From: Torpedo marmorata
Lineage: Eukaryota
Assembly (NCBI GenBank): GCA_977017645.1
Contig: OZ360226.1
Coordinates: forward strand, 140,678,001 to 140,742,000
Reading direction: 5' to 3'
DNA: 64,000 bases
Below, piece after piece: positions 48,146 to 61,478 of the stretch; positions within the stretch are counted from its first letter, which is position 1; each line of letters begins with the position of its first letter. The notes below the pieces were generated by a model that did not search any database, had not been told where the DNA came from, and saw only the letters and a list, made by a program, of their open reading frames with translations. The translations under genes were made by a program, and so were the position numbers.

Positions 48146-49047
48146 CTAATGGGGGTATAAATAAATTTATTTCTCAAATGTATAAATTGTTACAAAAAAA
48201 AAAGCCTAAACCAGGAATCATAAATCAAGATTAAAATGGGAATCAGATTTGAATATAACAATAGATGAGGAACATTGGAAAGAAATATGTAAACAAAGTA
48301 TGACTAAAATTATTAATGTTAGATATAGGTTAGTACAATATAATTTTTTGCATCAATTATATTTAACGCCTAAGAAATTAAAGAAATTTAACTCGAGATT
48401 AATCTCATCAGATTTATGTTTCAGATGTAATAGGGAAGAAGGTTCTTTTGTACATTCTACGTGGTTTTGTCCAAAGATTAATGCTTTTTGGTTGAAAGTT
48501 AAAAAGTTTTTAGACAAAGTATTAAGAATTACACTCCCAATGAATCCTATGATATTTCTGTTTGGAGATATTAAAAGGATTAGTATTAAAATGAGATTAA
48601 ATATGTACCAAATAGAATTTTTGCGAATTGCTTTAGCTGTTTCAAGGAAATGCATTGCTATTGCATGGAAATCTGATGTAGATTTAGGGTTAGAAAGATG
48701 GCACGCAGAACTTCGTTCATGCATACCACTTGAAAAAATTACTTATAATTTACGCAATGAATATCATTTCTTTTGAGGGTATGGAGCCCATATATAAAAA
48801 CTGTGGATTTAAAGATTTGAAGATCTCTTGTCATCGGGTCCGACTGGCGAACCTGTGTTCCACAATAAAATTAATGTATAGTTGTTTTCTTTTAGATTGA
48901 CATTCTCCACTATCTACCTATTCTTTTTTTATTAGAGTAGTAGGGGTGGGTAGGTTAGGGAGGGGAGGGTGAAAATATATCACATGTATTTTGATATTTC
49001 TGAAATTTATAAACATGTATTATCGTGTGATTAAAATTTTTAAATAA
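48146..49047 (+). mobile_element. 5'-truncated L1/Tx1 inserted in a decayed Rex-Babar fragment
   Basis: ORF 48249-48776; 15-bp TSD AATATTAAGCTCCTT (48131-48145 / 49048-49062). Confidence 0.92.
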
Positions 49048-49229
49048 AATATTAAGCTCCTTAGTGATGTTGAGAGCAAGATTATTGTTCTGGCACCACC
49101 CAACCAGATTCTCCATCTCCATCCTGTATTCTGACTCATTATTTACAGTTATTCAGCCAACAACAGTTGTGTCTGCAAATTTGTAGATTGAGTTGGAGCA
49201 GAACTTAGTTGCACAGTCATGGGTGTACA

Positions 49230-49740
49230 AGGAACAGGGCTCCATCAAAGACAGTAGAAGGGAAGTCACATTTCAGATGTCCTGGAGGGTAAAGCCTCAT
49301 CTCAAAAACAGATGCGGCAGAGACTGAGAAACTGTCATACTTAAAAAGACAGTGGGAGGAATTATAGGTAGCTGTGGGAGTCTGTGTTTATAGAAAATGT
49401 CAGTGGATAGTTTGTCTCCCTGAGAAGGACACAGAAAGATCCAGAAAGGGAAGAGAGGTGTTGGAAATAGTTTGTGAATTTGAGGTCGGGGTAGAGGTTA
49501 GTAGTAAAATTAATAAAATTGACATTTTGCTTGGGTGCACAAAGCAGCACCAATGCAATCATAGATTTAGCGGAGAAAGAGTTGATGAGTGGCTCCAGAC
49601 TGGGTTTTGGAATAAGGACTGCTCTCAGTAGCCAATGAAAAGGCAGGGACAGCCTGAGCACATGGAAATACCCAAGGCTACTCCTTTGATTTGTGGAAAG
49701 TGACAGGAATCAAAAGAGACGCTGTTCAGGGTAGGAAGGA
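49230..49740 (-). mobile_element. Decayed Penelope RT fragment
   Basis: VNFINFTTNLYPDLKFT and TDSHSYL are homologous to the PLE at about 24620-24790. Confidence 0.65.
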
Positions 49741-50593
49741 GAGGAGCGTGTTAGTAGAGGGAAACATGCAGGTGAAGCAAGCAAATGGTATGTCAATCTT
49801 CAATGTACTACAATTATGCAGGGCTTTGTTGAAACCTCATTTGGAGCCTGAAGCTTTGGTCTCTTTACCGAAGAAAAGATTTTCCTTGCCATAGAGGGAA
49901 TGTAATGAATGTTCAACAGTCTGATGTCTGGGATGGCAGGATCAATTAGCTTGTGTTCATTCAAGTTTAGATGAATGAAGGACACCTCTTGGAACATGGA
50001 AGATTCTGGCAGGTTTACTAGGCTTGATGCAAGGAGGATACTTCCCCTTGCTGAGGATCTAATTAGAGATCACAATCTCAGGAAACAGGGCAAGACATTT
50101 AGGACTGAGATATAAGGTGAAACTTATTACTCAAGAGTAATGTAAATGTGGAATTTATTGTGGATGGCTGTAAAGGACAAGCCATGAAGTATATTTCATA
50201 AGGAGATAGTTTTCTAGACACAAATGGCATTAAAAGGTTTGGAATAATGATCAGAAATATGGCATTAAGTCAAAGGATCAACCAAGGTTGGATGGAATGG
50301 TGGAGCAGGCTTGAAGGGGCCAAGAGGCCTATTCTTGCTGTTATTTCTCTGTTTCTCTGTTCCACACTAAAATCAGTGTGTTAGAAGCTGGCTTAAACTG
50401 GGAATCAAATAGTACAATGTATGCATTAATTGAGTTATAGCTCTAAAAACAATTTCATTATTAAATTAAGCACAGGAAAACCTTCAATAGGAGAATCTCA
50501 CAAGCATTCATACATTTTTCCCCAAACAGTAAAGACTGGTCAATATGAAAATGAAATCTTATGACTATTATTATTTTTGGTAACATCACTTAC

Positions 50594-50659
50594 ATTCGAT
50601 ATTTTCTGGGAATTTCTGGTGAATATCTTTGTATGTTTCCAATGCCTTTTGGTAGTTAC
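50594..50659 (-). CDS. IFT88: IFT88 exon
   Basis: (G)NYQKALETYKDIHQKFPENIE; AG and GTAAGT boundaries. Confidence 0.94.
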
Positions 50660-50909
50660 CTGTGTTAACAAATGTAACCATAATATAGTAATATACAGCA
50701 TGGAAACTGGCTCTTCACCCCAACTTGTCCACACCAACCAAAATGTCCACCCACCCTAGTCCCACATGCCTGCATTTGGCCCATATCCTTCTAAACCCAC
50801 CCTATCCATGTATCCATATATACAGTTACTATTTTAGTAACAGATAACTTTATAACTGTAAGAATTAACACTTTACTAAAAATAACAAAAAATACAATCA
50901 GAAGGTAAA

Positions 50910-51400
50910 CAAGAAGTCTGCAGATGCTGGAGAATAGGAACAATACACAAAAGTGTTCAAGGAACTCAGCAGGTCATGCAGTATTCATGGAAAGCAAATA
51001 GTCAACATTTTGGGCCTGAGCCCCTCATAAGAATGCCAAAAATTGGGCAGATCCCCAAATAAGGTGGGGGAGGGGAGGAGCACAGACTTACAGTGCAAGT
51101 GATAGGTGAACACCAGTGGGAGGGATAAAAAAAGGAAGCCAAGAGGTGATAGGGGAGGGGACAGAGGGCTGACAAAGAAGCTCTGACATGAGGAAGGAAA
51201 GAAGGGAAGGGATGAGGCACTGGAGGAAGGAAGATGTAGTTGACCGGCAGGGGAAAGAAGGAAAGGAGTCAGAGAGATGAGGGAAAGCGAAGGGTGGGGG
51301 AGAAAGAATGGGGATGGGAGTTACAGGAAATTGAATGTTAATATTGAGGCAATTTGGTTGGAGATTGCCAAGATGGAATACAAGGTTCCTCCAATTTACA
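50910..51400 (-). mobile_element. Decayed Penelope 3' end / pLTR
   Basis: LVFHLGNLQPNCLNI end motif; degenerate hammerhead TTATGAGGGGCTCAGGCCCAAAATGTT. Confidence 0.65.
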
Positions 51401-52272
51401 ATCAGCACCACCTTATAGTGTTCAAATCCCAATTTGGCGTTGGTTCCATCCCCACTGTAATTTTCTTCAATCCTGCAGCTCTTCAAGAATTCTGCATTCC
51501 TCCAATTTTAACATTCTATGCATTCCCAATTTCTGTGGCTGGCTATGAATTCCTTTCCTACACCACTCCTCATCTTTAAAGATTCTCCTTAAAACCCTGC
51601 ATTCTGGCCAGGATATTGATAATTTGTCCTGATATCTCCCATGTAGTTTAGTGATGAAAATGCTCCTGTCATTGCCTTGGGACACAATACTCTATAAATA
51701 CACATTGCTGATATTGCAACTCTGTAATAGTAGTGCACTAAAAGAGATGATATAATTGTTTTGTGCTTTACAGGGAAATATATGTTTTCCAATTGGTGTA
51801 CCCCAATGCAACATGACTCTAAACAATTAAGCTCTATTGGAAAAATAATTCTGTTATGTTTCTTGGCCCTGCAAATATAGCACTACTTTAATGCTCTGCT
51901 GTTTCTTTATTTTATTTGAAAATTTACATTTTCATACATTTAGAGAGAGGAAAACAAATTAGTGTTAGGACAAATATAGTTTCACCAAATTTGCTTCAAA
52001 CACCTCCAAAGCAACTGGATTTATAAGTGGGATACTAATAATGAAGCAGTATTGTATGCCAGTCCACGATTTCCCTTTGTGTGACACCATTAAATCCCCA
52101 AATATTATTCACCAAATGTTACAATTCAGCATTTCAACTTAATTTTAAAAAGTTCTAAAAATTAATTCAAAATAACACTGACATTTATTTTTCAAGTGAC
52201 TTTCGAATACATTTTAAAATAGACAAATTTTGAATCTGGGCAATGCATATAAAAATTTGATGCTTATCTTAC

Positions 52273-52325
52273 CACTTCTTCTGTAACAACTAGCCACCAT
52301 TAACCACCATTTCACTTGAGTCGGT
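52273..52325 (-). CDS. IFT88: IFT88 exon
   Basis: (Q)PTQVKWWLMVASCYRRS; AG and GTAAGA boundaries. Confidence 0.93.
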
Positions 52326-53434
52326 CTGTATGGAAAATTTATAGATCATTATCAAGTCATAGAATTTTACGAAACAGGCCCAACTGGTCCATGCCAACGA
52401 AGTTGTCTACCTAAAGCTCGTCCCATTACTTAAGTTTGGCTATCCATGTACCTGTCTAAATGTATCTTAAACATTGCAATGTACACACTTCTATCATTTC
52501 CTCTGGCACTTGTTCTGCCTATCTATCACCCTTCTATGTGAAAGTACTCCTCAGGTACCTTTTATATCTTTTCCCACTCACCTTAAATCTATGCCCTGCT
52601 AGTTGTAGACTTCCCTATCCTGGGAAAAAGATGACAATTATTTACCTTTCCATGCCCCTTATGATTTTATATACCGATGTAAGATCACCACTTAGTCTCC
52701 TACATTTACAGAAGAAACAATAATTACATTTGCAAAGTTTCAACCAAAGCAATTTCCCTCTCAGAGTTTTAAAGTTGGTTAATATTTTACTTCCAAAATT
52801 AACTGTATTTTTCTACCACCCATCTACAGGTCACATCCTTCTTCATCTCCCCAGTTTAGGTCTTTTTAAGCAAGAACACTGTTTCCTGGGCCTCCAAAAC
52901 TAAATTTTAAATTTTACTGTGTGGTACTGTGCAAAAGACAGAATGATTTTTTGCCATCTCTTTTTACCCATTTCCCAAAGGTTTAAATGCTTTGCTTAAT
53001 TCTTTTATGATATTGAGAGCTCACACACAGAAACCATATAACACTTTCTTCAGTTTCTTTGGTCCCGTGCACGCTATTATTTAAAAAAATTACTAAAAAT
53101 CTAAACAAATGAATCAAGACTTCAGGGAGAGAAAGAATGGAGGTAGAGATGGATGGATGACAATTTCTGGCAGTTTTCATACAGCAAATCTCTGCTGGGA
53201 TGGTTCTAAAAAAATAAAACGTGGTTACTATCCACCCAAGAAGTGTTATTCTGGAGTACATCGGAATATCTAAATGTGTTTCACAACCAGGGACTGCAAA
53301 ACATGTCAGTAATAGCATTAAAATATACCTCCTGTTCATAACTATTTTTGATACAGTATTTTTACATGATTAAAAAGCTTATTTAATTTTCAACTTAAGT
53401 TGTTGAAAAGCTTAGAGAACTCAGCAAGTAAATA

Positions 53435-53718
53435 CAGTAAAAGTCCAAAAATCCAGACCACCCAAGAATCCGGACTTCTCAAAAACTCTCAAACTTTTAA
53501 AATTTAGCAAGCTTTTGTGCGCGTGTGTGCACGCGTAAGCACCACAGATGCACAGAAGTTGCGGAAATGAATGAATAAATGTTTCATTAATAAACTATCA
53601 AAACTTACCTGTTCATCTCTATTCTACTTAAATTTGAATTTTAAAAGTATTGCCCGAGAATCTGGAAAATCTGGCTCAACCCAATCCCAGAGTAGTCCGG
53701 ATTTTAGGACTTTTACTT
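53435..53718. mobile_element. TA-flanked Tc1/mariner-type MITE
   Basis: TIR CAGTAAAAGTCCAAAAATCCAGAC / GTCCGGATTTTAGGACTTTTACT. Confidence 0.72.
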
Positions 53719-54172
53719 TAGAAGAAAGTTCAATGTCCTCAAACTAAGATAAAAAAAGCCATGTTATAGAAAGACAGGGTGCTTATTCTCTGAATGTCCA
53801 TTAAATGCTTATGTCTCATTTAGTTACATCTTCTCACCCATTTCTGGAAATTCGAGATAATCATCTGGGAGATAAGCCACCTTAATTATGAAATCTACGG
53901 CATCCAAGTCGTGTTTTCCAGTTTAGTTCTGTAGTCGTGTTCCACCTTCCATGCAAGAAGATTCAAACCCTCTCCAAGGCACAAGTTCATAATGTAGACT
54001 AATACTTCAGTGTAGTTCTGTGCTGTTTTTCTGTTGAGGTGGATGTGAAAGATCTGTTCTGAAAGCTACCGATAGTCAGAGAAGGCACTATTTGCATATT
54101 TGATCACCAGGGGCATAAAAATCTCTGATACAAAAGCATAATACAAAATATCAAAGACAAAATATGACTTAC

Positions 54173-54288
54173 TGGATGAGCGCTGCTCTTTCAAAATATT
54201 GAATAGCTTTTTCACAAAATTGTGTGTCAATGTAGTAGGCCCCAAGCCATTCAATGCCTTCAATGTTCGATGGGAAGTATCTAAATGA
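54173..54288 (-). CDS. IFT88: IFT88 exon (TPR)
   Basis: SFRYFPSNIEGIEWLGAYYIDTQFCEKAIQYFERAALI(Q); AG and GTAAGT boundaries. Confidence 0.95.
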
Positions 54289-55942
54289 CTGACAAAAATA
54301 ACACCAAAGGAAGAACTAAATTACAAACACCAAAAACATGTTTAGTTTAAGTATATCAAGTTTGCCTTGCCATAAAGATTCACATTTAACTCAGGGAAAT
54401 AAACCTGTACAATATTCAATATTCATTAACTACATTTAAAATTGCTTTTTTTAGAAATTTACCAAATATATTCTGCACAAGCATTTTGCCAAAAAAGGTA
54501 GTTGTTGAACATGTTCGATTATGAGTTAAGTGCGTTTTAAAAAGGGAGAGAATATAGAGTTCTTTGTGTTAAGATACATAGCAACAAAGTAATCTCAAAG
54601 ATCAGATTAAATCTTAACATCTGTAAATTCACTGATAGAAATAAACTATTTGGAATAGGATGAATCTGACCACAATTTCCTGCAGGTCTGTCAAACTGTG
54701 CTAAAACAACAAAATGTGTTACAACGCACCCAGGCTAGATCTATTCCCGGTCTACTTTAGTCGGCTGAGATGCCCTAAAATAGTGCATCACTGGTATCTA
54801 TTGCAATTGGCTAAACAGACCACAAGTCGAACAAAGCCCAAATATAACCTGAATCTTGCTTACTAACTAGCTACCCAAACTCACTGGTCACTTGCTCACT
54901 AACACCCATTCTTACCAGCAGCAATTCTCTGAGCATAATCTTCTGCAGGTAAGCTAGCTAGGAACTGCCCCTTTCAGCCCAGTGAGGCATAGGGTCTTTT
55001 CAAATGTAAATAGCTTCACATGGTGTGGTTTGAACAAACTCTAATCGTGGAATTATTCTTAAGGGGTTCTGCTGAGTTGTAATCCCACTTTGGGGAATTC
55101 TAATTAAAGTAATCTGATTTTTTTTTAAAACATAACTTGTCTCAGATAATCACTAAACTAGCAAATTGCCTAAAAACCATTCTGCTTCATTAATGTCCCA
55201 ATTTCTATCCTTATCAGGGTATTTACAACTCCTGACCTACCAATCGGTTTGACTCTCTGAGACAGACAAAAATCCTTACAGTCTAACAACATTCACAAAT
55301 TTTTAAGGTTAAGCCATTCCTGCAGACTTATCACCTTTCAAATAGCTAGTTTATGAATGTCTGACATGAAATCATTTAAAAACATCAAAAATTTAATAAA
55401 ATCCAAAATATTGAAATTCTAAAAAATAAATCAACAGTAATGAAACACTGAAAAGTATTTAATACAATTTTCAAAACTTAATATTTACCAAAGTTCCTTG
55501 CACTCTCTAATGACCAGATCCAACCTAACCCAACATTGTCTGTGCAGATTCCTCATCAAAAGTGATGTGAAATTACTGAAATTCTGGCTCCTTGCTTAAC
55601 TCTAGGAAGACTTCAGCATTTGAGTGCAGGTGGGAAAATAGCAACAAATTGCTGACAACAATCTTGGGACCTCCACATTCCCATGGAAATCCAAAAACTG
55701 TTGACAATTAACTGGAGAAATGTGAAAAGGATACAGAAATGCTGCTATTTTCTTGCAAAATCCAGAATGTTAGACATGTGAACACTTTTTTTTAATTGCC
55801 ATTTTTTGTGACAAAACTATTAAAGAGATAAATAGAATTGGACCCCACATTTTTAACTTGTTCATTCACTGACCACCAGCTTGATGATTGTAAACTGCCA
55901 CCCAAACCAATTAGTCTCTATATTTCTATTACTATTGAGTAC

Positions 55943-56093
55943 CTCATAATAATACTGGAAGGCTTGAGATTTGTCTCCCTCAATGTCATACAGATCCCCT
56001 AATTTAGCAAGAGCCTGTGGGTCGGTGGGGACAACGCTAATCAACTGCATGAGCCACTCAATGGCTTGTGGTAGATCCTCCAACGTTTCGTAT
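55943..56093 (-). CDS. IFT88: IFT88 exon (TPR), downstream of the U12 intron
   Basis: YETLEDLPQAIEWLMQLISVVPTDPQALAKLGDLYDIEGDKSQAFQYYYE. Confidence 0.95.
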
Positions 56094-56601
56094 CTCAAGA
56101 AATGTGAGTCAAAGATCACTTCTTTCCAGTTAACAAGTCTGTCAGATGTGGATGTATATCCTGTAGAAACCCTTGTTGTATAGAAGTTTGGTTTTACAAT
56201 CAACGTGTTTACGATAGCAGCAGAGTTAAATTACAGTCATGAGTATCAATCTGAGAAAATAATAATGAAATGCATAAATCTACATAAATTACACATGATA
56301 GCAACTGAAGAAGAGTACCCTATATTCAAAAATTGGCAACTACTAAAATATTAAAAATACCATTAAATGCTAGAAGCATGCAGGTGGTTAGTCAGCATAT
56401 TTGAAGAAAGACAACTTAATACTTCTAGTTCAATCCTTTTAAGAATTGGGTTTAAAAAAAAAAGTACACAAACAAAATAAGGGGAAAGAATGTCAACATT
56501 TTTGTTGCTTGTACCTACTGTTGCAAAAAAAAAAAAAAGCAATCATTAGTTAAGGCTTACCACTTACAATTCCTTGTTACAACCTCTCATTTAACTCCCA
56601 T

Positions 56602-56857
56602 TTTTGGTGCAGCATGGTTAGCGTAGCGATTAGCGCAACGCTGTTACAGCACCAGAGATCGGGACTGGGGTTTGAATCCCGCGCTATTTGTAAGGAGTTT
56701 GTACATTCTCCTCATGTCTGCGTGGGTTTTCCCGAGGGCTCCGGTTTCCTCCCACCGTTCAAAATATACTGGGGGGTGTAGGTTAATTGGGCAGCATGGG
56801 CTCGTGGGCCGAAATGGCCTGTTACCGTGCTGCATATCTAAATTTAAATTTAATTTA
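56602..56857 (+). mobile_element. tRNA-derived V-SINE (HE1-like) with CR1-type tail
   Basis: A/B-box head; core GTTTGTACATTCTCC...GCGTGGGTTT...CTCCGGTTTCCTCCCAC; tail GGGCCGAAATGGCCTGTT...(TAAATT)n. Confidence 0.82.
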
Positions 56858-57589
56858 AACTCATTAATTGTTCACTGCCACCTTACTCTCCTGCAGGTGA
56901 TCCAGACAAAAGGGCAATATTTTGTAACTCAATTACATTCTAAAAAAGGTCCAACTAGCAACATTCAACTTCAGACACAATCTGTATAAGATTAGGGGAG
57001 GAAAATTTAGTGGAGACGTCAGGTGTCAGGTTTACACAGAGAGTAGTGGGTACCTGGAATGCTTTGCCAGGGTGGAGGAGGCTGGTACAATAGGGAAATT
57101 TAAAAGACTCTTCAACAGGCACATGGATGCAAGAAAAATAGAGGGTTATGGGTGTGAGGTAGGGAAGGTTTAAATTGTTGAGTAGGTTTATGTAGGTTGG
57201 CGCAACATCGTGGGCTGAAGGACCTATACAGTGCTATGTTCTATGCTGGGGGAACTCAGTGGGTGAAAAAAAGTCAACATTTTGAGCCAAAACTCTTTAG
57301 GACAGATGAAAGTGTACAGCAGTGAAAAGAGGACAGGGTGAGAGGTGAGGCAGAAGCCCCACACAGGATTGGTCAAAGAGGTAGAGATGGAATATGACGG
57401 ACAGAGGCAGAAGAGTGGCAGATGCCAGACAAAGGGGTGAGAAAGGCAAGAAAAACAAACATGTCAGGTGGAGGAAGATGAGTCATACAGGGCAGAGGGG
57501 GTGATTAGAAGACAAAGGCTGCCAATGCTGGAATCTGATTCAAGTGAGAATGGTGTTATAAAGTGGGACCCGATTGAACCGAAGTGGGG

Positions 57590-57866
57590 GGGGGGGGAGA
57601 GAGAGGAGAGAGCAGAAGAATCCAGTGGGAGATGGGTGTGGGGATGGTGGGAGAGAGAGGAGAGAGCAGAAGAATCCAGTGGGAGATGGGTGTGGGGAGG
57701 GGGAGAGAGAGAGGAGAGAGCAGAAGAATCCAGTGGGAGACGGGTGTGGGGAGGGGGGAGAGAGAGGAGAGAGCAGAAGAATCCAGTGGGAGACGGGTGT
57801 GGGGAGGGGGGGAGAGAGAGGAGAGAGCAGAAGAATCCAGTGGGAGATGGGTGTGGGGAGGGGGGA
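57590..57866. repeat. G-rich minisatellite, 5 copies of about 54 bp
   Basis: AGCAGAAGAATCCAGTGGGAGA recurs at 57611, 57665, 57719, 57772 and 57826. Confidence 0.93.
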
Positions 57867-58309
57867 ATGAGAACTTAATACAACTTCATTTGCCCTTTCG
57901 TCTCCCACTAACCAACTCAGGGCTAAACTAATCATGTAGCTTTCTCTCACCACCACCATGCTTTCCACCTGGAATGTGCCAATTTCCCCTTCATACTTTC
58001 CTCCAGAATGTATGTTCATTCTGGATTAAGGCTCTGCAAAACCTGACTGCAAATGATTGCATCATCAATAATATAATTGCCAGGTTGCTATAAATCTCCT
58101 TATTACAGCCTCCTCTGCTTGCTGTACTTTCTATCACCTGCTCAATTTTGCTCTGCTTTTGGTTTGCATTGGAATTCATTCCTTTGAATAACCTCCTTAG
58201 AACCAACTCTGCTGGAGTATAGAAAAGAGCAAAATGTGCTCCCAGGATAACTATCAAAACCACAATTATTTATTTTTGCCAACAGCCTATCTACTCAGTA
58301 TCTCAAAGA

Positions 58310-58425
58310 AGTTTATGAGATCTCGCTGTGTATTTTGGCTACATTGCAGTAGTGACTACACTTCAAACACACTCAAATGGCTGCAATACACTTTCAAGGC
58401 ATTCTGGGAACATGAAAAGTGAAAA
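58310..58425 (+). mobile_element. Ancient DeuSINE/SacSINE-like 3' remnant
   Basis: CTACATTGCAGTAGTGACTACACTTCAAA...ATGGCTG resembles a recalled DeuSINE 3' region. Confidence 0.4.
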
Positions 58426-58569
58426 CTCTTTCATGTCACAGTAGGCAAAATTATTATGGAAACCATAAGACTACAAAACTACAAACTATTAATACAATTT
58501 TCACTTTGTAAATATTTTGCCAATATGTTCAAATGAAGCCTCTACAACCTCAAAGTTTGGAAAGGATAC

Positions 58570-58678
58570 AAATTTGCAATCTGGTACATAACTTGAGCAC
58601 TGTTTCTCATGATTGCATGGAGCTTCAAGAAACAATCCAAAGACTCCTCCAATCTGTTCAACTTCTTGTAAGTAAGAC
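58570..58678 (-). CDS. IFT88: IFT88 exon (TPR)
   Basis: (G)LTYKKLNRLEESLDCFLKLHAIMRNSAQVMYQIAN(L). Confidence 0.95.
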
Positions 58679-58989
58679 CTAAATTTAAAAAGTAAAATCA
58701 ATATGAAACACAGAGAAATGACAAATTGCATGGCACTATGGAATCATGAGAAAATAAAAACATTGACTTTCCCCAAAAATTGAGAGCAGATGATAAGAAG
58801 ACGATGTTATTCTTAACTTGTGCCTTTCTTCAAGGAGTGCAGAACCAAGTGTCTGACCTGCTTGAATTCCTCCAGCAATTCTTTGTTTGCTCTTATCCTT
58901 ATTCATAGCCATTTTAAGACCTAAGGAATTATGATAATTCCTAAAATGTTCTCGCATTAAAACTCCAATCACCAACCGGGCTCATTTCC

Positions 58990-60045
58990 CAGGACTAGTA
59001 TGGCCCCTTCTCTGGTTGGTGCTTCAAGAAACCCTCCTGGATGCATGTAACAAATTCTGTTCTGGTACAAAGGAAGTTCCAGTCAATATTGGGGAAATGA
59101 AAGTCTTCCACTTTGATAACCCTGTTACTTTTACATTTTTCCATAATCTGTCTACACATCTGTATCCTTATCTCTTGGTGACTATTGGGAGGCCTGTAAT
59201 ATAACCAGAGTGATTGCACCTTTCTTTGTTTATCTCTGCCCATATTGCCTCAGTGGTGAGCCCTCCAGTGCACCCTGAGTGCAGCTGTAACACACACCAC
59301 AATTAGTAATGCAACCCCTCCACCTCTTATCTCCCTCTCTATCCTATCTAAAACATCAAAATCCAGGAATGTTGAGCTGCCAGTCCTGTTCTTCTTGCAG
59401 TCAAGTCTCTGTAACAGTCACAACATCATCATTCTACGTACTGCTCCCGGCTCTAAATTCATCTGTCTTACCCATCGTACTCCTTGCATTAAAATAAACA
59501 CACTTCAGCACACCAGTCTCCATGTGTTCATTTTCCCCATCCATTCCTGTCCTTCCTTTCAAACTTGCCATAACATCTACCGTCTCCTCATCTCCTCCAT
59601 ACTGCCCTGCTGCTCTGGTTCCCAACCCACCACCTCTCTAGTTTAAACCCTCCCTGCAAGTATGCTGGTTCCCCTCCAGTGGAGGAGTAACCCATCCTTC
59701 TTGTGCAAGTTCCACCTGCCCTGGAATAGAGCCCAATGATTTATATATCCAAAGCCCTCTATGCTGCACTTATTCCTTTGCCATATTTTAAACTGCACCA
59801 TCTTCCTACTACTTGCCACACAAGAACATAGCACATGTCGTAATCCTGAGATTACAACCCTGGAAGTCCTGTTTTTTTAAACTTATTACCTAACTCCTAA
59901 AATCATTTTGCAGGACCTCATCTCCCTTCCTGCATATATCATTGATACCAATATGGACCACAACCTCTCGCTGCTCGCCCTCTCCTCTCAGGGAGTCATG
60001 TACCCATTCAGAGACATCCTTAACCTGTCACCAGGGAGACAATAC
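58990..60045 (-). mobile_element. Decayed CR1 5' part (ORF1 esterase-like end and APE endonuclease start)
   Basis: LHKKDGLLLHWRGTSILAGR; CVYFNARS; YYRPPNS; DFHFPNIDW. Confidence 0.78.
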
Positions 60046-60120
60046 GCTAGCCCAGATTCTTGCATTATTGACATCAGAATTCTGTTTGGTATTAAATTTT
60101 TTACTATCTTTTAGAAGCTT

Positions 60121-60366
60121 TGGGCGGCACGGTTAGCGCAACGCCTTTACAGTGCCAGTGACCGGGATTCGAACCCCGCGCTGTCTCTAAGGAGTTTGTA
60201 TGTTCTCCCCGCGTCTTCGTGGGTTTCCCCCAGGGGCTCCGGTTCCCTTCCACCGTTCGAAACGTACCGGGGGTGTAGGTTAATTGGGTGTAAATTGGGC
60301 GGCACGGACTCATGGGCCGAAATGGCCTGTTACCGTGCTGTATGTCTAAATTAAATTAAATTAAAT
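60121..60366 (+). mobile_element. tRNA-derived V-SINE (HE1-like), young copy
   Basis: Same family as 56602-56857; CpGs retained; (TAAAT)n tail. Confidence 0.85.
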
Positions 60367-60425
60367 TTTTTAAAAATAAATTAAGTTTTAACATTCTTTG
60401 TAAGAGAAAATAAATTCTAACTCAC

Positions 60426-60612
60426 CCAGGTTATAGAGTGCCTCAGTAAACGATGAATCATTCCGCAAGGCTTCCTTATAAAACTCAGCTGCTTTCTCAT
60501 AGTCACCTCGTGCAAAGACACAGTTTCCTTTATTGGACAGTGCTGCTGGATTATATCGATCAGCAATCATAGCGAGGTCTGCATATCGGTCTGCAAGTCC
60601 AAAATCGTTTTC
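60426..60612 (-). CDS. IFT88: IFT88 exon (TPR)
   Basis: ENDFGLADRYADLAMIADRYNPAALSNKGNCVFARGDYEKAAEFYKEALRNDSSFTEALYNL(G); AG and GTGAG boundaries. Confidence 0.96.
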
Positions 60613-61049
60613 CTGCACAAATCCATTTAAAATGGAATCTTACTTTTCATGGGTAACTTATTGCATTATTCCTCTAATTCATTTGAAAGTGAGTCACCAC
60701 AATGGTGATTAAACAGGACATTTATAAAAAGGAAATTTATTGAATTTAGATCAGAAGAATAAACGTAGGTGCAAGAATGTTTATTACAAATCACATAAAT
60801 TTTTTAAATATGCAAGGTAAGTCTTTGCAGCAATTTGAACTGAGTAATTTGAACTCAGTATTATACTCCGGGTTATTCCTATCAGCTATTTCCTTACAGC
60901 AAAAGCTTACTTCCTGCATCAAGTGATTATCAAAAAGCATTAAATGCAAGCATAGAAATATCCAAGACACAGAATATTTTATCAAATACTGGAATCTAGA
61001 ATCTTAACCCATAATTTCATCCAAGAATAGAATCTGGAATCTTAACCCG

Positions 61050-61275
61050 TAATTTTAATTTAGAGATACAGCACGGTAACAAGCCCACGAGCCCTCACCG
61101 CTCAATTACACCCATGTAACCAATTAATCTACTACCCCTGTATATCTTTACAGTGGGAGGAAACTGGAGCAGACACAGGGAGAATTTACAAACTCATTAC
61201 AAACAGCAACAGATTTGACCCTGGGTCGCTGATGCTGTAATAGCATTGCGCTAACCACTATGCTACTGTGCCGCT
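61050..61275 (-). mobile_element. tRNA-derived V-SINE, older copy
   Basis: Reverse complement of the same SINE family. Confidence 0.75.
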
Positions 61276-61478
61276 CAATGTCTTGACATTGGCTTCTTCC
61301 ATGTCTATGCAAGAAAAAGTACAATATTGTCATACTTTCAATTCACTGAACCAATAGAAGAGGCAACTGGAAACATACAGTCATTGTTTTAACTGGTCAG
61401 TGAATTAAAATAAATTAAATAAGCCAACTGGAGTGACTAACATCCAATGGTTGTCGAGAGAACCACCAGCTGTCAGTA

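Larger units (their letters stand above)
56094..58569 (-). other. IFT88: U12-type (minor spliceosome) GT-AG intron of IFT88
   Basis: 5' splice site GTATCCTTT (58569-58561); branch point TCTTTGAC (56115-56108) about 14 nt from the AG; no long polypyrimidine tract. Confidence 0.9.

Noticed and set aside
57468-58019. Repetitive ORFs or a CRISPR-like array
   Set aside because: A simple minisatellite with identical units, no unique spacers and no cas genes, in vertebrate DNA
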